A stretch of DNA of 64,000 nt, taken from the human T2T-CHM13v2.0 reference genome, Homo sapiens. The notes under the pieces were generated by a model, which saw only the letters and a list, made by a program, of their open reading frames with translations, was not told the DNA's origin and made no database searches. A program made the translations under genes and the position numbers. Location: NCBI RefSeq assembly GCF_009914755.1, contig NC_060928.1. The stretch is one strand, 5' to 3'. Of the stretch, positions 1 to 13,822 are shown piece by piece (the stretch's first letter is position 1; each line of letters starts with the position of its first letter).

Positions 1-842
1 ACTGCCTGTTAGCCAGATCACATTACAGAAACATCTTTACCATAATAGATTATATATACTTAAGCTCCCAATTATCATATTAATATAGAAGTGCAACGTA
101 ATTTAACTTTCTGACCTGTCCCTCTCTCTTTTTTCATGGAAGAATTCCAGAACTTACACATTTACTGAAAACAAAAGACATTCATAATATTTATTATGAT
201 TTATTATGGTTTATATTGTACAATTTCTCACTTGGTATTGTTTATTTTTAGGTACATGTCTCAGCTTGTATGTCCATTTTCCCCATGCCATGGCTATGAG
301 AGACCACTTGCTAGGCTACTGAGGCCAAGTTGCTTAGTGTCCATCATTGAGAGACACCCCAATCAAATCCTCTCATCATAAAATTGCTGAGGAATTTGGT
401 GTTCAGCCCGAGTAGGCATCCAAATTCACTTAGCTTCTTACATCCTTCTATGTGGAGATGTTACTTTCATGGCCTTGGGTCTCAATACAGTGTTCACTAC
501 TTTGCATTCTTCCTTCCCTAACTAAGCGGATCCCAAAAATCTGAATTCAAAGCTCTCTTTCTTCAAACTTTTATCGTACCTCAGCTACTGTATTATACCT
601 CTTCCTTTGAAATCTTAGATTTTGGACAGCAGTCTGGCTTTGTATTTGTGTTCAGGACCACCCATTTTTGCATGCCTGTATCTTTACAAGGCATTGAAAT
701 GCAAAAAAAGTAATAATAAAAAAATAGGTGTATAAGGCAGGGAGAGAGTTTTACCTAAAGAAAAAATAGAATTATTCAGTCATGACCAGAAATTGCTGGG
801 CGTTGGATGGTAGGGATTAGGCAAAAGTGCAAGGGTAAGAAT

Positions 843-1400
843 TTTGTTTTGTTTGTTTTATAGATTTAATGGGGTTCATGTTCCAGTTTGTTTCATGGAT
901 ATATTTCACAGTGGTGAGGTCTAGGCTTCTAATGTGTCCCCATCTCCTGAAAAGTGAATATTATACCCAATAGGTAATTTTTCAGCCCTGACTTCCTTCC
1001 CCTGACCCTTTTTGGGGGAGCCTCCAATACATGCAATATTTTAAGATATGTGTACCATGTGCAATGATCAAATCAGGGTAATTGGGATAGCCATGATCTC
1101 AAACATTAAACTTTTCTTTGTGTCTAATGTAACACATTCTTCTAGTTATTTTAAAATATACAATAAATTATGGTTAACTATAATTTCACAACTCTATAAT
1201 CAAGTACTAGAACTTATTATATGTATCTAACAATATGTGTTTCTCCCATGTGGATATGCTGCCTCTATTATTCCTAGTGGCAACTATTCCCCTCTGCATG
1301 TCCATGTATACCCACTGTTCAGGATTTAAAAATGACAACATGTGGTATTTGATTTCCTGCTTCTGAGTCATTTCACTCAGGATAACAGCTTCCAGCTGTT
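843..1400 (-). mobile_element. Old L1 3' end fragments (L1PB-like, with an L1MA-like segment at about 1030-1230)
   Basis: T-rich start, then antisense L1 3'UTR motifs (gggttcatg...tttgtttcatggatatatt; atgatcaaatcagggtaattgggata; tcatttcactcaggataa). Confidence 0.7.
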
Positions 1401-1965
1401 ATATATCCCATGTGATATATAACATCTATAGTATCCCATCGTGACACAAAGGACTACCAGTTTATGACACAAAAGAAAGGTAAATTGGTATGGACAACCT
1501 GAAATGCTACAGTAGAAAATTTAACTCTTAAATTAGTATGTAATTCATTTTCAAGTTTTTTTTTGGTTAACTGTTAGATTCAGGAAGCTGCAGTTTTGAA
1601 TATAGTTATATGTTCATCCCACAGCTCAAGTTTTCAAAATTTAAAATAAAAGGAAAAACTGGGTGTTACTTATGTGTCTCTTTCAGCTCAAAATTTTATG
1701 AAGTCATGAGATCCCGTCTTTCACTACCTGGGGGGCTATTTCTAACAAGTGATAGATTTGAATTCAAAACATTATGTCATAGGTAACTGGTCTAAGAATA
1801 CTTAAGTTGAGAAAAAACCTTTTTTATCAAAATAAAAGATGTTTACAATGACACTTTTTAGTTTATATAGTATATACATTGCTGGAGGAAGTTTTATCTT
1901 CCTGCCAATATTACACTCTGATGGTGTTAAAATTCTCTAAAATGGTTTAACATGGAAATGCAAAT

Positions 1966-1970
1966 ACACA

Positions 1971-2014
<44 letters not shown>
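1966..2014 (+). repeat. (CA)n microsatellite
   Basis: Directly visible CA run. Confidence 0.95.
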
Positions 2015-2081
2015 TATATGTTTTCCACAGTATGTATCACATAGTGGTCATGAACAAAGCCATCTTATAAAAGTAAGGCTA

Positions 2082-2226
2082 TGATATGGTTTGGCTGTGT
2101 TCCCACCCAACTCATCTTGAATTGTAGTTCCCATAATCCCCAATCCTGTTGTTGTGACAGTGAGTTTCTTCTCACAAGATCTGATGGTTTTATAAGGGGC
2201 TTCCCCCTTCACTGCGCACCCATTCT
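2082..2226 (+). mobile_element. THE1 (MaLR) LTR 5' fragment with internal deletion
   Basis: Begins tgatatggtttggctgtgttcccaccc...ctcatcttgaattgtagttcccataat and contains agatctgatggttttata. Confidence 0.85.
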
Positions 2227-2309
2227 TTGGACAAAAACAGGCTGTTTCTTAGGATTTGATAGTCTTGCTCAAGTTTTCAACTTGGTAAACGTAAAAATTA
2301 AAGGTAATA

Positions 2310-2591
<282 letters not shown>

Positions 2592-2789
2592 TCATGTGAA
2601 ACATAATGAGTGCAACACATAGTAATTCTACCAAATATTAGCTAATGATATTTTGACTAGATATGAATTCATTGCACTTTTAAAGAAAGAAACTAAAATT
2701 AGGATGAATTAGATATTACTTCTAGTGTCCTGAATTGGCTGGGTTTAAAATCTATTATTAAGAAAACCGAGCATATAAAGCGTTACTGA

Positions 2790-3230
2790 GGTACTAAAAC
2801 CAGACAAAGATATTACATGAAAAGAAAAAAAAAATGGGAGTGATGTAGACATTATTTCTCATGGTCATAGACATAAAAAAATCCATAACAAAATGAAAGT
2901 AAGTTGAATTCAATGGTATGTAGAATCAATAATGCATTTTGAATAAGTGGCATTTATCCCAGGAATGCAAAGTGAGTTCTGCATTAGAAAACTAATTAAC
3001 AGAATTTATAGATTAACAGCCAAAAAAGAATATATGTATGTATGTATATATACATATATATATACACACATACACATTTTCAATAGAGAAAAAGCATTTG
3101 ACAAAATGCAATGTAGATTTATTTTTAAAATCTCTCAGAGAAATAAGAATAAAATCGATCTTGCTCAATCTGATAAAGTGTGTCTAATGAAATACACAAT
3201 AATAAAATGCTGAATGCTTTCCCCTCTTCC
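2790..3230 (+). mobile_element. Old L1 ORF2 (RT region) fragment
   Basis: ORF 2947-3213 AFIPGMQ...EKAFDKMQ resembles L1 ORF2 [10 protein letters not shown]...AEKAFDKIQ. Confidence 0.75.
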
Positions 3231-3261
3231 AATTTTTGATGAAGCTATAATTCTCACTGGA

Positions 3262-3503
3262 AGTAGTAGAGTGTTGAGTTTTAGAAATGGGCTGTGGAAT
3301 CGGATTTACCTGTGTATGAAGCTAGGTTCTACTGCTTTGTACTTTTTGTTATTCTTTGACAAATCATTTAGTCTAAGTTTCAGAGTCTTTGTGCATAAAA
3401 CAGAAGAAATAAAATACTTCATTTATTAGTGTTTTTAAAATAAAAGAAAATATATTGTACACTAGTCAAGTCCCTGGTATGTCATTAGTGTTTGACATGT
3501 TAC
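3262..3503 (+). mobile_element. MIR, degenerate
   Basis: Weak match to MIR core and tail (gacaaatcatttagtctaagtttcag...taaaacagaagaaataaaatac...cctggtat). Confidence 0.5.
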
Positions 3504-3510
3504 TTAAAAA

Positions 3511-4289
3511 AAAGACACATGAAAAAATGCTCATCATCACTGGCCATCAGAGAAATGCAAGTCAAAACCACAATGAGATACCATCTCACACCAGTTAGAA
3601 TGGCGATCATTAAAAAGTCAGGAAACAACAGGTGCTGGAGAGGATGTGGAGAAATAGGAACACTTTGACACTGTTGGTGGGACTGTAAACTAGTTCAACC
3701 ATTATGGAAGTCAGTGTGGCAATTCCTCAGGGATCTAGAACTAGAAATACCATTTGACCCAGCCATGCCATTACTGGGAATATACCCAAAGGACTATAAA
3801 TCATGCTGCTATAAAGACACATGCACACGTATGTTTATTGTGGCACTAGTCACAATAGCAAAGACTTGGAACCAACCCAAATGTCCAAAAATGATAGACT
3901 GGATTAAGAAAATGTGGCACATATACACCATGGAATACTATGCAGCCATAAAAAATGATGAGTTCATGTCCTTTGTAGGGACATGGATGAAGCTGTAAAC
4001 CATCATTCTCAGCAAACTATCGCAAGGAAAAAACCCAAACACCGCATATTCTCACTCATAGGTGGGAATTGAACAATGAGAACACATGGACACAGGAAGG
4101 GGAACATCACACACAGGGGCATGTTGTGGGGTGGGGGGAGGGGGGAGGGATAGCATTTGGAGATATACCTAATGTTAAATGACGAGTTACTGGGTTCAGC
4201 ACACCATCATGGCACATGTATACATATGTAACTAACCTGCACGTTGTGCACATGTACCCTAAAACTTAAAGTATAACAATAAAAAAAAA
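3511..4289 (+). mobile_element. L1PA (about PA3-PA5) 5'-truncated 3' end
   Basis: ORF 3714-3998 matches the L1 ORF2 C-terminus (LELEIPFDPAMPLLGIYPKDYKSCCYKDTCTRMF). 3'UTR G-tract and A-tail present. Confidence 0.95.
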
Positions 4290-5698
4290 CACACAAGAGA
4301 TTTTTACTGAGTATTATGTAGATTTGGGGAAAAAAGGGAAAGGTAGTCAAAGAAATCAATGTGTAAGAACCAAGCAAGTATCAAGGAGGTTTTACAATTA
4401 TTTTTGGTTTTGTTTATCAAAGAGTTAAATTATTAATAGTACATTTGCAGTCATATTGCTTACTGCAAAACACCATTTGGAATTTCTACATATAGCAGGG
4501 CAGCCTCCATGCTAGTGAATGAGATGTGTCTTGGCAAGCAAGCTATTTACTACCCCTCATAAGCCCACATAGGTTGCAGGTTATAATTCAGACAACTGTA
4601 TGAGAAACTAAGTGTTGTCTGTAATGATATAAGACATAGCATGAATATTATAATTTGAAAAAGCTCATTTACTCAGATGTGTATACATTCTGTACAATGA
4701 ATTGTCATCCCTAACGTGTGGGATAACCTCCCATATGTTGTCCATCCAAGTCACAGTCCAAATGAATGAAATCACTAATTTTTGCTTGTGCCTAAACATA
4801 ATTATAAATAAGAATATTTTACAGTAAAAGTAGTTTACCTGAAAGTTTCATTATTTTAGGAAACACTTTCTTGAAATTTCTTGATATTATTAAAGTGAAA
4901 CTCTGATCATTTTTTATGCCTCAGTGATACATCTTGTGGCATTAGAAATACAGTTTGCTTACCTGCTTTATAAACTTAATGAGAATAAACACTGGTGTTC
5001 TTTAATACTAGGTGTTTAATAAAATTTTATCCAAAACTGGAAAGTCACTTGCTTCATGTAGTCTCAGGAATTAATATCAAATCTGAATAAGAATTTCTTT
5101 AATTTTAGTCCAATTCATTATCTCACTATAAAAATGGCTAAGGAAAATCAATGTAACAATTTTTATTTATGAAAAACATACTATGATAAGAAATAACAGT
5201 GAAAATAACATTTTAAAGATCAGTGCAAGTCTTAGTATTGCTAGCTGACTTTTTTTACTGAAAGAAGGAAACTAGTTGAAACAGTAAGGGGTAGGCTCTT
5301 ATTTCTAATAATTCACTTCTGGAATAAATTAAAATGAAATAGTTCTCTATTGTGAGGTAGAATCTTGGGAGAGTTGGACAAGTAAAGAAAAGGCATCTTT
5401 TGATGGCAAGATAGAATGAGTAGCATGGAAAAGAAAGAAATATAAAATGTCAAAACTCTAAGGTCAGAACTCTGTTGCTGTTGTGTGTGAATAATGTTTT
5501 GAAACTAGACCTATTCTGTTGCCTTTTATGTTTGAAGAAACAGCTAAAGACAGAACCAAATGTAGTCAAGCCATGTTCCAAGAAATGCTATTAATACACA
5601 CCCTTTACTATATACAGCCATCTCTCTACTTAATGTGCCATGACAGTGAGGATATTCTGTTTCCTTGGAACTGAGTATAAGAAAAAAAGTGATAAGTA

Positions 5699-6010
<312 letters not shown>

Positions 6011-6050
6011 TCCAGTGATAAGTAAATTTGTCCATTGAAAATGCACATTA

Positions 6051-6384
<334 letters not shown>

Positions 6385-7204
6385 AAAAAAATGTTTGATG
6401 AATGTGGTGAGTGCATGAGGATGGATTAGAAAACATTACAGTGTTTTTTTCCCTTTGCCCCCAATTATTTTTAGCTAATTCAGGGGCCACATGGAACAGC
6501 ATCTATTATAAACGATGCAATTTTAGAAGCAGTCATTTCAAATGCCATAGACATTTGAATTAACATTTTCTCCAATTTCATAATTACTTAATTATTACCA
6601 ATTAAGAGCATGGCATAAGCATATGGTGGCTTCCCATCTGCTCATCTCTTCCTCTCAATTTATTATTGCCATTAGTTTAGTTGATGGTGACAGTGTTTAA
6701 CCAAATCAAACTAATTAATAACAATCCAGTGAGTCACGGCCTTTCTTTTTGCATCTCATGCTTATTCATCACCAGCTGACTTCCACAATATGATCGCTCG
6801 GGTAGCATGCAACATTTTGGAGACATACAATTTTGGTGAAAGATGTATTTGAAGGTTTTAAAATGTATGTCATTCCTAGTTCCTGAAAGTCACATTATTT
6901 TGATTATGCCAAATAGTTGCATATTCTTTCCCTTGGTGTTTTTCAGGTTTTATTTTATGCAAATAAAAAGCATAGATTCCTCTGTGTGTATATGTTACTT
7001 TTTTGTCTTAAATAGGACATAAATATTTTTATAGTGCATTATACACTTGAGAAGAAATATTATCTTGAGTACTAGCTCTTCCCTGGTGAAAATCACTGCT
7101 AATTTTTTCTCTAATAATGTGATGCTTCTTCTGGAAAAAAAAAATCCTGTTGGACTATCTGCCGTGCATCAGTTATCAATTTAGGTGGAGGTAAGTGGGT
7201 GGAG

Positions 7205-7206
<2 letters not shown>

Positions 7207-7251
<45 letters not shown>
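7207..7251 (+). repeat. (CA)n microsatellite
   Basis: Directly visible. Confidence 0.95.
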
Positions 7252-7254
<3 letters not shown>

Positions 7255-8923
7255 ATACATGTACTGCAGAATTATTTTATTATTTTTATTAAGTGTTTAA
7301 TTAAAGTAATCATGAAAATTAAAGTACTGATATTAGCTCTATCTATACACCGGTTCCTTAAATTAAAAAAAATGAAACTTAAAACTCAACTCCAAATGAC
7401 TAGATGGATAATTGGACTGAGAAACTCCAATCTTGTCTCCCAAGTTTTACCTTTTCTCAGGGCTCTCTTATACCAAATTTCTGGTGTGTATATATGTTTG
7501 TATATGTGTAATATGTCAACAGAGCTATACCTGAATAAAGCTCTAAAAATACAAGTTAATAATGCTTAATGAAATATGCTAACATTATTGACTATGAGCA
7601 ATACTAAAGACACAGTTCCCATTCTCAAGTAGCTGATGATTAAAAAAAAGGAAAAAATAGAAATATAGATATCACAGTAGCCATGCTGTACAGATAAACT
7701 CTGTGGCACTGGCCTAAAACTAATGAAAATAGGTGTAATTACTCATTGTTATTCTATTTCCAACATTCTGTTGTTAAATTGGCCAAACAATATTATCTTA
7801 GAAAAAAAAAACAGTGTGAAAAGTGACTAGCACATTACAATTAAGTGATTTTAAAAGAACATTGGTGATATATAGACTGAAAAATGAGGACCACAGGCCC
7901 AAGATTGACTGCATCTTTGGAATGTGGGAATAGCATGTCAAACGCACTTTTAATGTTGAAATACATCAAAACAAGCAAATATAAAATGATATGATTATGT
8001 GATTTTTAAAATGAATCGTAATGCTAGGTAGGACAGGGCATTTCTCTTCATTCCACATTTGCTCAAATACTTTTAAAAATATTACCAGAAAAGTATAAAT
8101 AGTATAAGTTTATGTATGCCAATTTTTGAATACTTATGTTATAGTTAATATATTAATGTATTGGCAGAAGCCATTGATAATAAATGAGGCCTTTTTGAAA
8201 GACATGACTGAATAGTGAAGAATTGGCTATACTTTATCATAGGAAGTGTGATCTTGTAAATGGCACAGAAGCATTTCAATACCAGTAACAATAAGGAGTG
8301 ATGCTTAAATGAATTATTCAGGTTTTATCACAGTCTAAAAGCCAAGTCCAAAGAGAAAATCCTATTCATTCTTCATGATTTTGATTCAAAACCCATCTTA
8401 AGAAGATGTTACATCTTCAGTACTTACATCTTCAGTAGTAGATGTAACTATTCTAGTCCTTGATCAGCTTTAGTCTGTATTATACTTTAATATAATGGCT
8501 TTACCGTTTCTGAGCCTTTTCTAACTAATCTTTTCTATGCTAGATTTTTATTTTAGTTTTGCTGTAGAGTTTCTGCTTAGGTTTCATTATTTCCATTTTA
8601 GACTTCTGTCCCATGCATCTAGCAACTACATTTTTCATTTGACATTTCTGAAACCTGTTCTTTATTAAAAAAAATTTAAGTTTAAAATTTTAAATGTTTT
8701 CCAAAATAAAATGTTATGATTATTTAGAGCAACATATCTTAGAAAAAAATCAATTGAATTTCTATCCTAGATTTTGGCATAAACTATAGCTCTTATTGTA
8801 GATATTGGACCAGGAAATATTTTATCACTGATAGAAAATAAATTTAACAGTATAGAGATATAGATTTGCCTTGAAAATATTCATTTTTGTAGGTGTGCAT
8901 AGGTGTGGAAGAGGAGATAATCA

Positions 8924-9246
8924 TAGGTGTGCAGTTTTATTTCTGGATTCTCTATTGTATCACTGGTCTATAAACCTGTTTTTGTATCAGTGCCATGCTG
9001 TTTTGATTACTGTAGCCCTGTAGTATAGTCTGAAGCCTGGTAATGTGATGCCTCCAGTTTTCTTTTTTGCTCAGGATTGCCTTGGATATTCAGGCTGTTT
9101 TTTGGTTCCATATCAATTTTAAAATAGTTTTTTCTAGTTATGTGAAGAATGTCATTGGTAGTTTAATAAGAATAACATTGAATCTGTAAATTGCTTTGGG
9201 AAATATTGTCACTTTAATGATATTGATTCTTCCTATCCCTGAGCAT
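8924..9246 (-). mobile_element. Inverted 5' segment of a twin-primed L1 (ORF2)
   Basis: Antisense L1 ORF2 (gtgccatgctgttttgattactgtagcc...tattgattcttcctatc). Its end is contiguous in the consensus with the start of the sense segment at 9247. Confidence 0.85.
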
Positions 9247-9729
9247 CAGCCATCTGAACTTTGACAAAGCTGACAAAAACAAGCAATGAGGGAAAGACTC
9301 CCTATTCAATAGATGGTGCTGGGATAACTGGCTAGCCATATAAAGATGATTGATACTGGACCTCTTTCTTACACCATATACAAAAATCAACTCAAGATGG
9401 ATTATAGATTTAAACTATAAAAACCCTGGAAGATAACCTAGGCAATACCACCCTGGACACAAGAACAAGCAAAGATTTTATGACAAAGATGCCAAAAGCA
9501 ATTGAAACGAAAGCAAAAATTGACAAATTGGATCTAATTAAACTAAAGAGCTTCTGCACAGCAAAAACAATACTAGTAATGGAGTAAACAGACAATTTAC
9601 AGAATGAGAGAAAATATTTGACAACTATGCATCTGACAAAGATCTAATATCCAGCATCTATAAGGAATTTAAATTTACAAGAGTAAAATAGCCCCGTAAA
9701 AACGTGGACAAAGGACATAAACATACACT
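9247..9729 (+). mobile_element. Sense segment of the same L1 (older L1PA), 3' end missing
   Basis: cagccatctgaactttgacaaagctgacaaaaacaagcaatg...ctaattaaactaaagagcttctgcacagc. Confidence 0.88.
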
Positions 9730-11487
9730 GCTACTTGTCCTGCACGTGGAGATCCAAAGTGCAGACTTGCCTGACCTGGCCCACACCTGGCATTGCTCCT
9801 TCACTCACCCTTGTAGCTAACACAAAGGACAGAAACTTTTGGGAGCTCTATGGCTCTGCACATTGACTGAGACACCAGAGAACCTCTTCAGGGTAAAATA
9901 AGGCAGGCATAAATCCCATTGGTACCCTGCAGCTGCCACTCTTTTGCAAGTGCCACCTCCTGGCTGGAGGGCAGCCAACACATTCCATTACAGCATCTGC
10001 AGGTACACAGTCCATTATACCATCTGCTGGTAGAATAACACAGTACACAGTAAAGAGAAAATCTGTGCATGACCTCTGCTATCACCATTGCCCACATCAC
10101 CCTGGCTAATCAGGAGGTCCTAAACCTGTCCATGTGACCAGTTCATTACTACTACAACCAGAATTTGAGAAAGCCAACACACTAAGGCTATTCACCACTA
10201 AGGAATCTCATAGAGCCTACTTCATTCCCCTGACACTCCCATCAGAGCTGGTGCTGGTACCCTCTGCTGGGAGACTTGAGGACAGGTCACATTACTGGAT
10301 CCCTTGCAGACATTCCCCAATACTAGCCTGTTGTGTTGCAGTCTAGCTGGGTGGATAGACTCAGAGGAGCATCAGCATTCACAGTAATCTGGCTCACAGG
10401 GACTCCCACTCCTAGGGGAGGGAAGAGTGTACCACATCAAGGGATCACCCTCTGGGACAAGAGAATCCAGATGGTAGGGCTTGAGTCCCAGAACTTTCCA
10501 CTTGTGGGAAGTTTCTTTCAACAGAGGCACCAGTGTAATGCTGGGATCAGTGGGGAAAGTCTGCAACTCTACCCAAACAATCAGGCAGCCCTGGTGCTCA
10601 TGAGGAGTCCTGGAGAAGGGGAGGGGACTTCTTTTCCCCCTTGCCCACCACTGCAGACATAGCTGGGGCTCCTCCCATGGGAGCTTGGAGTGGGTATACC
10701 TGCAGATGGCCCTTCTGGAACACTTCAGGGTGACTATATCCCTGCAGAAGTTATGCCTTTCAGGATCAGGCTTGCACAAGGGGTAGAGTCACAATCCATC
10801 TCTATATGAAACATTAACATTCCTGAAGATGAAAAGCATTACCTGTTTGATCTGAATAGCCAGACCACTGGGTCAGGAGTGTGAATGGGAGGTGGATCAC
10901 TTTCCTGCTGGACTAGTAGAGGAGCTAATGTGGCTCTCTCCCTTCTGCCCAAAAGGACCTCAGTATATTTCACTGGCAGCTCCCCAGCAGCCTCTGTCAA
11001 GGCTGGGACCTCTGCCCAACAGTGGGTATTGCATTAGCCCACCTGCTTTAGCCACAAGCAATATTTGCCCATAGACACATCCCCTACTGGCCTGAAGCCT
11101 GAACTGTTCAACCCAGTAAATAAAATACTGGGGAAAATATAAATAAATAAAAAGTACACACCATTGGGAGAATGAGATAAACTTCAAGAGACCTCTGCCA
11201 TTCCAACCCCACAGGATATGGTGAACCTGCTCACACACCAATCACATTCCTAGTATTAATACATCCAGCATCTGAGAAAGCCACCATACAAAGACCCACT
11301 ATAACCAAGAAACTTATCCAGAGTTTTCATCCTTGAAAGCACCAAGTGTCAAATTAGGCTATGATAAACTATCAACATTAAAATCACATCCTCAAGGGGG
11401 AAAAAAGAAATTAAAGAAAAATACAGTCAAATCAAAAATAAATCCAAAAATAATTAGAAGAAATAATCTATGAGAAGAAACCATAAA

Positions 11488-11606
11488 ATAATTCTGTCAA
11501 TATGACAAAACAGCATTCTATTACACCCCCATAATTCTGTCAATATGACAAAACAGCATTCTATTACACCCCCAAAAGATCACACTAGCCCAAAAGAGCA
11601 CACTAG
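11488..11606 (+). repeat. Adjacent tandem duplications (43 bp x2 perfect; 18 bp x2 with 1 mismatch)
   Basis: ataattctgtcaatatgacaaaacagcattctattacaccccc at 11488-11530 and 11531-11573. cccaaaaga(t/g)cacactag at 11571-11588 and 11589-11606. Confidence 0.95.
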
Positions 11607-13822
11607 CAATGGATCCAAACCAAGATGAAATCTTTGAAATACCACACAAAAAATTCAAAAGGGTGTTTATTAAGCTACCCAAGGAGATAATAGAGAAAGG
11701 TGAATACCAACGTAAAAATATTTTTTTAAAAATCAGAATACAAGTGAGAAATTTTCCACGACATAGATATTTTAAAGAAAAATTAATCAGAACTTCTGGA
11801 AATGAAAGACACACTTAGGGAATTACAAAACACAGCATAATGTTTTAATAATAGACTAGATCAAGTAAAAGAAACAATTGCAGAGCCTGAAGATAAGGCT
11901 TTTGCATTAACACAAACAAAATTTAAAAAAAGAATTAAAAGAAATGAACAAAATTTCCAAGAAATATGGGATTATGTGAAACTGACAAACCTAAGAATCA
12001 CTGGTGTTTCTGAGGGAGAAGAGAAAACAAAAAGCTTTCAAAACTTATTTGAGGGAATAATTGAAGAAAAGTCTCCTGGCCTTAGATGTCAAAATACAAG
12101 AAGCTCAAAGAACTCCTAGGAGTTCACTGCAGAAAGGACATCACCAAGATACATAGTCATTAGGCTATCTAAAGTCAAAATGAAGGAGAGAATTCTAAAA
12201 GCAGTGAGACAAAATCATCGGGTAACTTGTAAAGAAAAACTGTTCAGACTAACAGGAGATTTCTCAGCAGAAATATCACAAGCCAGAATGGATCAGGGTC
12301 CTAACTTTAGCCTCCTTAAACAAAAGAGCAGTCAGCCAAGAATTTTGTATCCAGCAAAACTAAGTTTTATAAATGAAGGCAAAATAATGTTTTTTTCAGA
12401 CAAGTAAATGTTGAGGGAATTTGTTACTACCAGACTAGCCCTACAAGAAATGCTAAAATGAGTTCTAAACCTTGAAACAAAACCTTGATATGCACCAGAA
12501 CAGAATACCTTGAAAGCATAAAACTCACAGATCCTATACAGCAATAACACAATGAAGAAAATAAAGTAGCCAGGTCACAATCAACATGATGAATGGAATA
12601 GTACCTCACATCTTAATATTAACATTGAATGTAAATGGTCTAAATGCTCCATTTAAATGACAGAGATTGTCATAGCTGAGAAAAAATTACAAAACAAATA
12701 TCTGTTGTCTTTCACACTCTAGTTACTCATAGAATTCTTATATAATCAAGGTAAAGGAGTGGAAAAAGATGTTCCATGCAAATGGAAACTAAAAGTTAGC
12801 AGGAGTATCTATTTTAATGTAAGATAAAACAGACTTTAAAGCAACAGCAGTAAAAAAGACAAAGAAGATCATTATATAGTGATAAAAGAATCAATCTGAC
12901 AAAGGGTATTAAAATTCTACATATATATGTACCTAACTCTGGAACTCCCAGATTCAAAAACAAGTACTGTTAGACCTAAGAAAAGAGATAAGCCATGACA
13001 CAATAATAGTGGGGGAAATCAACACTTCCATAACAGCACTAGACAAATAATTGAGGCAGAGAGTTAACAAAGAAATATCGAACTTAAACTGCACTCTAGA
13101 ACAAATGGACCTAAGAGATATTTACAGAAAATTCTACCCAAGAGCTGCAGAATATATATCCTTGTTATCAGCATATGGAATGTTTTCTAACATAGACCAT
13201 ATGATAAGACACAAAACAAGTCTAAATAAATTTTTAAAAATCAAAATCATATCAAGTATTTTCTCAGACCACAGTGTAGTAAAACCAGAAATCAACTCCA
13301 CAAGGAACCCTCAAAACTATACAAATACGTGGAAATCAATCAATCTTATCCTGAATGGGTTTTGGGTTAACAGTGAAATCAAGATGGAAATTTAAAAATT
13401 ATTTGAAATGAAGTGTAATAGTGGCAAGTAGTCAAAACCTCTGGGATACAGCAAAAGCAGTGCAGAAAAGATAAATGTAATTGAAGCAAACAAAATAAAG
13501 ATAAATAAAACAAAAAAATTGTTCCTTGAAAAGATAAATGAAATCAATAGATAATTAGCTAGATTAACAAAAATGAGAGAAGACTCAAATAATTTCAATT
13601 AGAAATGAAAATGGATACATTACAACTGACATCACAGAAATATGAAAGATTATTCAAGACTACTGTTAACAATTCTGTGCACACAAACTAGAAAATGTAG
13701 AGGAAATGAATAAATTCCTGGAAACATACCTCTCTCCTAGATTAAATCATGAATAAATAAAAATCCTGAGCAGTCTAATAATGAGCAGTGAGATTGAATC
13801 CGTAATAAAAATATTGCCAACA

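Noticed and set aside
7195-7569. 124-aa ORF with a His-Thr repeat
   Set aside because: The repeat is a translated (CA)n microsatellite. The rest is low-complexity AT-rich sequence with a non-ATG start.
10333-11241. ORFs of 93-135 aa in the 10-11 kb region
   Set aside because: They fall in the GC-richer L1PB 5'UTR and show no coding signature.
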